Shown: piece after piece, positions 1 through 9,029 of the stretch
Numbering within the stretch: the first letter of the stretch is position 1
How the letters are laid out: each line of letters begins with the position of its first letter
Position numbers and translations under genes: made by a program
Origin: an uncultured Candidatus Binatia bacterium
GTDB taxonomy: Bacteria; Desulfobacterota; Binatia; Bin18
Direction: 5' to 3'
DNA length: 64,000 bases
Assembly (NCBI GenBank): GCA_965200965.1
Contig: OZ241744.1
Location: 1,344,001-1,408,000 of the forward strand
Notes under the pieces: generated by a model
The model's database searches: none
Told to the model about the DNA's origin: nothing
What the model saw: the letters and a program-made list of their open reading frames with translations, nothing else

Positions 1-5
1 AGGTT

Positions 6-37
6 CAGGGGCAGGGGCCGCATGCTTCCTGCCCCTG
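6..37. repeat. Short GC-rich inverted repeat (hairpin)
   Basis: caggggcagg (6-15) and cctgcccctg (28-37) are perfect 10 bp complements. Confidence 0.55.
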
Positions 38-62
38 TATGTGATGTGCTACAAGGCCGCCT

Positions 63-480
63 ATGGATACTCTTGCCGGCCCAAACCCAGCCGAACTCCG
101 CCACGCCCTCCACGAAGCCGCCGACTGGGTTGCCACCTATGTCACCAACCCCTGCAAATGACGGCTTGGCCCGGATCATTGAGGGCCATATCCAGGCCGC
201 CCAGTGGCTGGCGGCCCAGATCGATGCCACACCGGGCTGGCAACGCTTGGCCCCAGTTCCCTTTTCAACCGTGTGTTTCTGTCATCGCCGGGCTGGAGAA
301 AGCGACCGTGAAGCCCACAACGCAGCTATCGTAGAGGCCGTCAACGCCAGCGGCAAAGCGTTTGTCTCCCACACCAAGCTGAACGGGCAGTACGCCATCC
401 GGGTCGCCATCGGCAATCAACACACCCGCCAAGCCCACATTGAACAACTCTGGGTGCTACTACGCCAGGCCGCAGGCTAA
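63..480 (+). pseudogene. Internally deleted PLP-dependent aromatic-L-amino-acid decarboxylase (group II)
   Basis: 63-161 encodes MDTLAGPNPAELRHALHEAADWVATYV, an AADC-like N-terminus. It is followed out of frame by the C-terminal domain (GLARIIEGHI...APVPFSTVCF...VNASGKAFVSHTKLNGQYAIRVAIGN). The central PLP-lysine domain is absent. Confidence 0.75.
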
Positions 481-528
481 AGGAATGGGTCGGGCCAATA
501 CACGATGTTCTTCCACGCAGCAAACGGC

Positions 529-1340
529 CTAATGAGGGTGTATTGCCCAACCACGCATTGTGTTGATTGCGTCTATAAAATCCGGCCTTGGATGGTCTCG
601 GCAGTCAGGCGGCAAAAGCAGGAGGGGCCGCAGGGTGTGTCTGAACCGACCGAGCCCTCCATCGTGACCCGATCTTTGGAATTCATCTGCCATCTGCTCG
701 TTGAGATGCGTATAATATCTTCCGTCAAAAGTGACCAAGCCCCGGTCAAAGGCGCGATGATGTAAGGTGCAAAGAGAAACACCGTTACTCGTCTCGTCCG
801 TACTGCCTGGATGCGCGGCAGGGAGAATATGCGCTGCATCGAGAAGTTTCAGTTGAATGCCACACATGGCACAGCGATGACCATAGGCTGTCAGAACGCG
901 ATCCCGGAAATTCATGTCGCGCAAGACTCGCCTCGTAGACACAAGGGCGTACTGACGCTCCGTCGGAACTTGGCGAGTAATTTCGTCATCTTCGACGTTG
1001 GCCGGATTTTCTCCAATCTTATTGAGCAAACAAGTTTCCCGTGGGAAAACTCCACAGCCATGCAGGTTTTCCAGATTCTCGATGTAAGTGCCGATGAAGT
1101 TGGGCCGAAACGCTATGGCTATCTCTCCATTCCCTTTGGCGTGAGTGGCGAAGCCACTGACATGTGCGGCTCGTAGCGTTTCTTCGTCAATCTGCATAGA
1201 GGGCGACGCGCCCAGAGAGCCGCTGTGCCGGGCGTAGTCAAATCCCACAAACACCCCTGCTTTGTCCCACCAGCCAAGGATGAGCGTTTTGCCTCCCATT
1301 TCCGGGATAAACTTGTTAAGACCCGCAGGGCCGACAGCTG
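529..1340 (-). pseudogene. 5'-truncated HNH endonuclease (methylase-associated)
   Basis: FRDRVLTAYGHRCAMCG...LDAAHI...NGVSLCTLHHRAFDRG is an HNH motif. The upstream part of ORF 529..1689 is an off-frame reading of the methylase, so the native start is lost. Confidence 0.75.
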
Positions 1341-1955
1341 CGGGATAGCGGCCCCATTGTCGGTACCAAATTTCTCGCTGATGTCGTGGCCGGAGGGGCG
1401 CTTTTTGGCTCGGTAGCCGTTTTTGAGCAGGATTTTCATGGCCGGGCTGTAGGGTTGTAACACCCTTTTGTTGCTGGCTTTTGGCCAGGGAGTTTTGGAC
1501 AGCCACCATACCGTATTGATCGCGTCTTTCACGCGCACCCGGCGGACCGTAACCCACTCGGCAGGCGTTGGTAGACGTGAGGGATTCCACCAGTAAAAGT
1601 CTTGGGCGAGATGAAAGTCCAATTCCTCGCAGAGCATGATGAGCAGTTTGAAATGGTAGAGGCTGCGGGTCGGCTGGCCTTTGCTCCACGCGCCGCCAAT
1701 GTCGATGACCAGGCTGCCGCTGTCTTTGAGAACACGGTGAAATGCGGCACCGAAAGCCCTAAACCAGTCAAGGTAATCTTCGGCGGCGACATTGCCGTAA
1801 TCCTTTTGACGGACAAGCCCAAAGGGCGGACTGGTCATGATGAGGTCAACCGTGTCCGATTCGCGCTGGGAAAGAACGTCCAGGCAATCGCCACAGATTA
1901 TCGCACCGTGACTGGTCTGAAGCAGAGTCTCATAATCGTGGAGATTCTTTTCCAT
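1341..1955 (-). pseudogene. 3'-truncated N4-cytosine DNA methyltransferase, M.PvuII-like (beta class)
   Basis: TSPPF catalytic motif plus NPSRLPTPAEWV..RVKDAINTVWWLSKTPWPK and RPSGHDIS..DNGAAIP, closely recalling M.PvuII. Similarity stops at GAAIP; the HPARFP and DxFxGS SAM-binding motif are missing. Confidence 0.8.
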
Positions 1956-2030
1956 CAGCCTCTCTAGCGCTTATTTCGGTTGGCACTTCTCCGTTCGGTG
2001 GTCAATTTTCAGGTATTGAGGGTCTTTGGC

Positions 2031-4748
2031 CTACATCTCTTGGGCGCGGATGTGGCGCTGATATATCTTGGGCAGCTGAGACGGCAGCGACAGCACATCT
2101 TCAATGACCATATAGCGCGACGGCGCACACATCTCCCGCAGATAGTCATGGCCAGCCTTATCAACCGTGATGCAGAACGACAGGATGCCGCTCCGTTCTG
2201 CCTCGCGCAGAGCCATCATCGTGTCTCGAATGCCATATGTCGGCGCGTGGGGTTCACGGCCATAGTCGGCATCTTCAGGGTAGCCGTCGCTCAGCAGGAT
2301 GAGCACTTTGCCGCGGCTCGACAGGTCTTTCAGCTTGCGCGCGGCGTGCCGGACGGCCGCGCCCATCCGGGTACTGCGCTGGGGAGCCAGGGCGCTGATG
2401 CGGCCTTTGACATCTGATGACAGGGATTCGACAAAGGTCTTGACCGGGTAGATGTCAACATTCTTGCGGCCACTGCTCGAGAAGCCGTAAATCGCATAGG
2501 TATCGCCAATCTCTTCCAGGGCCGAGGACAACAGCACGACCGACTCTTTGAGGATATCAATGATCCGCATCTCCTCGGGTTCGCCCTCGGCGGTGGCGAC
2601 CGCTATCCGGGCGTCGGTCGAGGCGCTCAGATCTAACAAGAACAGGGCCGAGACATCCCGGTCGGTGGGTTGACGGGCGGCATAGATTTTGGGGGAAGGC
2701 GGCACGCCGGTAATCATATCAACCCGTGCGCCAACCGCGGCCTCCAGATCAATCTCTTCCCCGTCTTCCAGGCCCTTGACCTTGTGGTACAGCTTTGGCC
2801 GCAGGCGCTGAAACTCGCGCTTGATCTCCTTCATCACATCGCCGTAGGCGGTCATGGTGCTGCTAAAAAAGGCACCTGCATCGCCAACGAGGGACACTTC
2901 GCGTACATCGCACCAGTGCGAGCGGTAGTCGTCAATCAGAAAATCCCATTCATCATATACATACCGCACCCCGGCTGAGGTGAGCCGCTGGCGGTTCCTG
3001 GCCTTTTTCTGTCTGGGCTGGAACTCTTCTTCGGTGCCTTCTTCGTTCGGGTCGCCAAACAGCCTGAAGGTTTTACCGTTTTCGGGGCGCGGCTCGGGTC
3101 GGCGGTGTTCCTTGTGGTGTTTGCCGAGCCGGGCGATGATCTTGCACAACATGGTTTGTTCTTCGGCCGACAGGCTCTCAGCGCTGCGCGGCCCCTGGTT
3201 CAATTCATCCTCCATAGGTACAAAGCGGGCCGACTCGTCTTCCACCAGTTCGGTCAAGTGCTTTCTTTGTGACTGAGGTGGCTCTGCGGCCTGCGGCCGG
3301 GCAGCGCTGTCCATCACATGCGCGTACAACTCGGTGGCCAGCAGCAGCGAGTCGGCGGCCGAGCCATCCTTGGTCAGGTCGGGCCACAGGGCCTTGGGCA
3401 GCCGCGGCAGGAGCATGGACAGGGCCGCGGGGTAGAGTTGGGGCTGTTCGTCGGCCCAGGCCAAGTCCTCTCGCAAGCCCCGGTACGCGGCGGTGAGATG
3501 GGCCGCTACCCGCCTGCTCTCAATATACCCAAACAGCGCCTCAAGCTGTCCGGGCTGCGGAAAAAGCTGGAAAAAGTCGAACAGCTTGTCCGGCGGCTCG
3601 GCCCCCGAGGCTACCAGCAAGTGGACGTAGGGTGGCAAGAACGGCCACAACTCGGCGATATCAATCGCATACGTCCCACACGCCACCCGGCCGGCCTGTT
3701 GGGCGGCCATGACCCGCAGCAGACGAAAGTTTTCTTCATACGTTGGAAAGGCCTCAACCCACATCGGCAGAGGCAACATATCCTCGTCCTCTAAACCGAG
3801 GGGCGGCGGAAAGCTCAGCGTCTCGGTTTCGGTCAGGCTATAGGCCGCGCCGCCCAGCATGTGCAGATATTTCAGCAGCACGCCGTGTACATCGCTCAGC
3901 ATGACGGCCGGCACCGTCCCGCGTAGCATCAGCATGCTGGTCCGGGATTCCAGGGCAAAATACGCCTCCGCGGCTTCGGGCCGACGGCGGGCCAACTCTT
4001 CGCCGGCCGTAATCCAGCCCAGCACCCCCTGCTCACCCACCTCGTCGTAGGCTTGGCCCAACACCCGGAACAGCCGGGCGACGCCGGTTGGAACACATTG
4101 GGCCAGCTGACCGACCCGTTCCAACAGAGCGCGACAGGTCTCGAGCGGGAGGGAACGCAGGGTCGAGCTAAACAGAGTCACCGACCCCGGCAAGGGTTCG
4201 GGGTCAAAGCTCACCCCGGCCTGGATGCAGCGCAAATAGGTCGCCCGCAGCGCGGCCGGAATCAGCCCGCACGCGCGCGGCAGGGTCCGGTACAGCGCGA
4301 CTGCGGCCGCGGGTGAGTGGTAGACCGCGTTGCGAACGAGCCGGTAACAGCTCAGCCGCTCAGACTGCTCCAGCTCGGTCAAGCCGTCCGGCAGGCTGGT
4401 AAACACCTGCGACGGGCCAACCCCGCCAATATCGAACGCCAGGCGGGACCACTCGTTCAGGTCCCCCTGACTCAGCCCGGCCAAGACCTGTGGAGTGGAC
4501 CGAAAAAAGGCCGCAGCCAGATGTCCGTTCTTGCCCCGGTCGGCGGTCAAGCCCCGACGGCCGTATTCCACCCAGCTCTGGAGATGACCGTGGAGCCAGC
4601 GCTCAAGCGTTGCCGACTCTACCTGTCCCAGCGCGTCCAGCAGCGCTGTCTGCCAGACCCCGGGCAGGTCGGCAAGGACGGCGCTCAGCTCTTGCTGGGC
4701 GGTCTCGCTCAAGCGGCTCTGATCAAGGCCAGCAGTATCTGATGTCAT
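2031..4748 (-). CDS. Large NorD/CbbO-like VWA-domain protein (AAA+ adaptor)
   Basis: YDEWD motif, DGEEIDLEAAV, MIDAS DLSAST, STRMGAAVRH, LSDGYP. Start chosen at ATG 4748 (MTSDTAG). Confidence 0.85.
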   Translation of the reverse strand: MTSDTAGLDQSRLSETAQQELSAVLADLPGVWQTALLDALGQVESATLERWLHGHLQSWVEYGRRGLTADRGKNGHLAAAFFRSTPQVLAGLSQGDLNEWSRLAFDIGGVGPSQVFTSLPDGLTELEQSERLSCYRLVRNAVYHSPAAAVALYRTLPRACGLIPAALRATYLRCIQAGVSFDPEPLPGSVTLFSSTLRSLPLETCRALLERVGQLAQCVPTGVARLFRVLGQAYDEVGEQGVLGWITAGEELARRRPEAAEAYFALESRTSMLMLRGTVPAVMLSDVHGVLLKYLHMLGGAAYSLTETETLSFPPPLGLEDEDMLPLPMWVEAFPTYEENFRLLRVMAAQQAGRVACGTYAIDIAELWPFLPPYVHLLVASGAEPPDKLFDFFQLFPQPGQLEALFGYIESRRVAAHLTAAYRGLREDLAWADEQPQLYPAALSMLLPRLPKALWPDLTKDGSAADSLLLATELYAHVMDSAARPQAAEPPQSQRKHLTELVEDESARFVPMEDELNQGPRSAESLSAEEQTMLCKIIARLGKHHKEHRRPEPRPENGKTFRLFGDPNEEGTEEEFQPRQKKARNRQRLTSAGVRYVYDEWDFLIDDYRSHWCDVREVSLVGDAGAFFSSTMTAYGDVMKEIKREFQRLRPKLYHKVKGLEDGEEIDLEAAVGARVDMITGVPPSPKIYAARQPTDRDVSALFLLDLSASTDARIAVATAEGEPEEMRIIDILKESVVLLSSALEEIGDTYAIYGFSSSGRKNVDIYPVKTFVESLSSDVKGRISALAPQRSTRMGAAVRHAARKLKDLSSRGKVLILLSDGYPEDADYGREPHAPTYGIRDTMMALREAERSGILSFCITVDKAGHDYLREMCAPSRYMVIEDVLSLPSQLPKIYQRHIRAQEM

Positions 4749-4865
4749 GTGCCCCGTATCCGTCGGTGAGAGTATGCCTGTGGGTGTACAAGAACTCTGA
4801 TAAGAGGGCAAGGGAGAGTCGGGGCGTGCCTCACCGCGCAAGGCGTCGTCCGCTTCCAGCCCGGT

Positions 4866-6071
4866 CTACAAGCACCGCGACCAAATAGAGCGCTGGTAAA
4901 TTTTGGGCAGCTCGGTGGGCAGGGACAGGATGTCGTCAATGACCATACAGCGTGACGGTGCGCACATTTCTTGCAGATAGTCATGCCCGCCCTGATCAGC
5001 CGTGAGGCAGTAGGACAGAATGCCGCTCCGCTCGGCTTCCCGAAAAGCCCATCAGCGTATCGCACAGCGCGTACAGCGACGGGACAACCGGCTTGCCATA
5101 GCCCGGATCTTCCGGGTAGCCATCGCTCAACAGTACCAGCAGCTTGGCACGGCTGGCCAGGGCTTTCAGTGCGCCAACATCGCGCTTGAGCTGCTGTCTG
5201 GCCAAGTACAGCTTTGACGAGGATGTGTCCCAGGCAGCGGGCAACTCGGGCGGCGACCGCGGCGTTCAGACCAACATCTTCCCTGTCTTCCAGACCCGTG
5301 ACCGGCCGGAACATTTTGGGCCGCAGACGCTGAAACTGGCGTTTGATGTCCGGGCTGAGCGCGGCCTGGGTGGCCAGCATGCACGAAAAAAATGCACCGT
5401 TGTCGCCTGCCACACCGACCTCGCGCAGCTCACACCAGTAGGCACGATAATCCTCAATCTCATAGTCCCACTCGTCGTACACATAGTGGGGAGCACACGC
5501 CGTCCGTCCCCGCCGCCGGGCAGCCTGTTCGGCTTCGGACTCCCCGGCCCCTCCCCGACTCAGGTTCACCCCGGTCATGAAGGCCGCGGTTTGCTCGGGC
5601 ACCTGGTCAACATCTCTCTCGCAGAGCGATGCAGAGCCACCGGCCGGCGGCTGCTCGTCCTGTAAAAACTGGGCGTACAGGCGAGACGCCCAGACCAGGC
5701 AGTCCGAGGCCGTGCCGGTCTGTTCAAGCTCGTCCAACTCGTCGGCCGGAATGTGGGACAACAGGGCCGCGGGCGCGGCCGGCTGGAGTTCGGAGGGAAC
5801 AGGACCGGCACGCCGGCAGGAAAAACCCTGGCCAGCCGGGCAATCCGCTCAACAATGGGCAGGCGACTCGGTTCCGCCAGGCGGCCCAGCGTTGGTCCAA
5901 TCAAGGCCGACGACCGCCGGCAGCGGCCTGGGATCAGCCGCGGCCCGGACAGGGGCCTGGAGTTCGGTCGCCAAGGACTAGCGGCGGCAAGAGTTCGGCC
6001 AGGACAGCGCGCTGTGGGGCCGGGATGCGGGCCAGAATCGCGGACAGCCGGGCAGGCTCAGACGCCTCCAT
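4866..6071 (-). pseudogene. Eroded paralogue of the adjacent NorD/CbbO-like VWA gene
   Basis: Collinear fragments in several frames: MEASEPARL (RBS present), IVERIARLARVFPAGV, YVYDEWDYEIEDYRAYWCELREV, LLVLLSDGYPED, REAERSGILSYC, LPTELPKIYQR. Multiple frameshifts and deletions, including loss of the MIDAS segment. Confidence 0.8.
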
Positions 6072-6117
6072 CGGATTATTCTCCCTCTGCCCGGCCCGCT
6101 CTCAACACGTCCCATCC

Positions 6118-7425
6118 TCACGCCGCGGACCGCGCCGCCCGCTGGCCCTCTTCCACATCAACCCAGTACAACAGCGCGCCACCCACAGCAAAAAACGCTA
6201 CCAGGGTCAGGATAGCCGTCCGGCTCGATCCCGTTGCCAGCGTCAACACAGCAAAAACAGCCGGTCCAAAAATGCCGGCGAATTTCTCGCACACGGCAAA
6301 AAAGCCGAAGAACTCGGTCGATCGCTGGCGGGGAATCAAACTGGCGAAGAGCGAGCGGCTGAGCGCCTGACAGCCCCCCTGGACCAGGCCGACCAGAATC
6401 GCCAGCAGGTAGAAGTGGAGAGCCGTGGACATGAAGTAGCCAATAATACTCACAATCACATACACGCCCAAGGCCAGAAAGATGCCGGCCTTGGCACCGA
6501 TTCGGACGGCTAGGCGGCCAAAGCCAAAGGCGGCCGGAATACCGATGAACTGGACCAGCAGAACGGCTGAGATAAGCACCCCCTGTGACAGCCCGATCTC
6601 GCTGCCATAGATGGCCGCCATGCGGATAATCGTGCCGACCCCGTCGTTGTAAATGACAAAAGCCAGCAGCAGCAGCCCGGCGTTTTTGTACAGCCGGAGT
6701 TCAGCGCCAGAGGAGCGCAGCCGGCCGACAATCCCGCCCAGCCCGGGGCCGGACCGTGGACGGGCCGAACGGCCCGGTTCGGCTACCCGGCGCAGCAGCG
6801 GCACAGAGAAGGCCAGCCACCACACTGCCACACTCACAAAAGACAGGCGGCTGGCGGCCGCGGCATCGGCCAAGCCAAACCAGTGCGGGAACTGAATCCA
6901 GGCCAGATTGCAGGCCAGCAGCAGGCCGCCGCCCAGATAGCCGAGCGCGTAGCCGGCGGTCGAGACCTGATCGATCTCATCAGCCCGAGCCACATGGGGC
7001 AGCAGCGCGTCGTAGAAAATAATACTGCCTGACACCCCGATATTGGCAATCACAAACAGGACCGCGGCAAGCTGCCAATCGCCGGTATGCACCCAGCCCA
7101 GGCCGGCGGTGGCACACACCCCACAGCCCAGAAAAATGGCCAGGAGCTTTTTTCGGATCGCCGCCGCATCGGCCCACGCGCCAAGGAGCGGCGCGCATGC
7201 TGCGATCAGCACCAAGCCGACGGTGGTCATCGTCGCGTAGCGAGCGGTGGCCACCTCGGGCGACGCGTCAACCGATGCCACCGCACTGAAATAGACCGGG
7301 AAGACAGCCGCAACGACAGTAGTGAAAAAAGCCGAGTTGGCCCAGTCGTACAATGCCCAGGCGCGCAGCTCGGGCCGGCCCAGCCCGAGCGCAGTCAGCC
7401 GCTCAGCGCTCCAACGCACGGCCAA
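6118..7425 (-). CDS. MFS transporter (UMF1/YxiO/Atg22-like)
   Basis: WALYDWANSAF, YDALLP, QALSRSLFASLIP, EFFGFF motifs; about 12 hydrophobic segments; start uncertain. Confidence 0.85.
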   Translation of the reverse strand: MAVRWSAERLTALGLGRPELRAWALYDWANSAFFTTVVAAVFPVYFSAVASVDASPEVATARYATMTTVGLVLIAACAPLLGAWADAAAIRKKLLAIFLGCGVCATAGLGWVHTGDWQLAAVLFVIANIGVSGSIIFYDALLPHVARADEIDQVSTAGYALGYLGGGLLLACNLAWIQFPHWFGLADAAAASRLSFVSVAVWWLAFSVPLLRRVAEPGRSARPRSGPGLGGIVGRLRSSGAELRLYKNAGLLLLAFVIYNDGVGTIIRMAAIYGSEIGLSQGVLISAVLLVQFIGIPAAFGFGRLAVRIGAKAGIFLALGVYVIVSIIGYFMSTALHFYLLAILVGLVQGGCQALSRSLFASLIPRQRSTEFFGFFAVCEKFAGIFGPAVFAVLTLATGSSRTAILTLVAFFAVGGALLYWVDVEEGQRAARSAA

Positions 7426-7578
7426 TACGCCCGAAAATGGCGCTCATGGTGTTCATCCCGCCGCTAAGCACGGCCGCCCGACCGCGAAGCTCCTGCATAC
7501 ACGACTCCTTGCCCTCGTCAGAGGCGGGGTGAGTGTAGCCCACGGATAGGCACAAGGCAATCTGTCGACGCGATACTG

Positions 7579-8922
7579 CTAAGGCATGCAGGGTGGGGTC
7601 TTGTCCGTTTCTGTGCAGAGGTCGCCCAGGCTGAGGCCGGCCAGGGCTTGCTGAACGGCCCGGTCCCGCCGCTGCAAGACGCCCTCCAGCGGGTCAGCGT
7701 CTTCAGCCGCAGGGCCGGCCCCGCGCAGGACATCAAGGATCTCAAGCACACTGACCCGCTCCGGCGGTCGGGCCAGCGTGATCCAGGCCGGCTCAGTCGC
7801 CCGGAGCAGGATGCCGCTGTGGACAAAGCGCTCAAGACAGTCTTCGAGACTCGCCAGCGGAACCTGAATATGGGCCGCCAACCGGGCCGCAGACCAGGGC
7901 GGCTGGCCGGCCAGCGCCCGACGGCCGACCGCGGCCAGCAAGGCCAGTGCCAGCCGTTCACGGGCCGCATAGCCGTCCGGTCGGTCCGCCTCCTTTTTGA
8001 AATAGTCGGTCGGATGCTGGTGGAAGTAGGCGACTTCGGCCCCGATGAGGACGATCAACCAGCCGACATACAGCCACAGCAGGGACAGGATCAACACGGC
8101 AAAGCTGGAGTAAATGGCCGCGTAGCGGGCCGAGCCGGCAAAAAAGGCGGCAAACACCACGCCGGCTGACTGCCAGGCCAGGCCGGCGACTGCGCCGCCG
8201 ACCAGGGCCGAGCGCAAGGACACCCAGGTATAGGGCATAACCCGGTAGAGAAAAGTAAAGGCCAGGCATAACAGCAGCAGGCGCGTCCCTCGGGTGGCCA
8301 GGATCGGGCCGAAGGTCTGGAGTTCCATGACGCGCTGAACCAGCCAGTAACTCTGCACCGAGGCGATCAAGGTCAGGCCCATAAAGACCAGCACCGACCC
8401 GATCAGCAGCACACTCAGGTAGCCGCTCAGCCGCCGGCTCCAACTGCGCGGACGGCGCACCCTCCAGATTCGATTCAGCGCGCTTTCGATCTCGCCGACC
8501 AGAAAAATCACGGTATAGAAGAGGGTGACAACGCCAACAACGCCGAGGACGCCGACCCGGATGTTGTTCACCACCTCGATCACCCGGCGCGCGACCTCAA
8601 CACCCTCTGGACCGAGAGTCTCAAAAGCCTGGAGTAGAAACGGCTCAATCTGATTTTGGACGCCAAACGCTTTTAGGACCGCAAACGTCACCGCCAGCGA
8701 CGGAATCAGCGCCAGCAGCATGGCGTAGGTCAGACCCATAGCTTGCAGATGCAGCAGGTCTTCACGCAGCCGCCAGCCGGCAACCTTGAAAAAATGGCCC
8801 AGGGGGGCGGTCAAGCAGGTCACAGCCGGCCAGTTCAGCACCCAGCCACTATAGCCCGATACACCGCCAAACCGAAGAGGCGCAGCCGCGTCTTTCAGCG
8901 CAGCCGGCGGCACGGTTGACAT
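7579..8922 (-). CDS. YihY/BrkB family membrane protein with C-terminal winged-helix extension
   Basis: LTYAMLLALIP, IESALNRIW, YAAIYSSFA, WLYVGWLIVLIGAE motifs. Confidence 0.85.
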   Translation of the reverse strand: MSTVPPAALKDAAAPLRFGGVSGYSGWVLNWPAVTCLTAPLGHFFKVAGWRLREDLLHLQAMGLTYAMLLALIPSLAVTFAVLKAFGVQNQIEPFLLQAFETLGPEGVEVARRVIEVVNNIRVGVLGVVGVVTLFYTVIFLVGEIESALNRIWRVRRPRSWSRRLSGYLSVLLIGSVLVFMGLTLIASVQSYWLVQRVMELQTFGPILATRGTRLLLLCLAFTFLYRVMPYTWVSLRSALVGGAVAGLAWQSAGVVFAAFFAGSARYAAIYSSFAVLILSLLWLYVGWLIVLIGAEVAYFHQHPTDYFKKEADRPDGYAARERLALALLAAVGRRALAGQPPWSAARLAAHIQVPLASLEDCLERFVHSGILLRATEPAWITLARPPERVSVLEILDVLRGAGPAAEDADPLEGVLQRRDRAVQQALAGLSLGDLCTETDKTPPCMP

Positions 8923-9029
8923 ATGCCGCCAGAATGGGCTAAGCGTTGTGCCAAAGAAGCCTGAAAACGAAATCAGCCCTTGCGCAAAGCCGCCGAGGGT
9001 GCTCAGTTGGCCGGCAGGCGGGCGTCAAC

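Noticed and set aside
529-1689. Intact 386 aa HNH protein overlapping the methylase
   Set aside because: The first ~115 residues are an alternative frame of the methylase gene; the overlap results from the deletion
7395-7456. Possible 5' frameshift in the MFS gene (upstream MSAIFGRIGRALER* out of frame)
   Set aside because: In-frame TTG/GTG starts exist before the conserved region, so disruption cannot be supported
8916-8946. Sigma70 promoter from TTGACA at 8916
   Set aside because: No convincing -10 hexamer at 16-18 bp spacing
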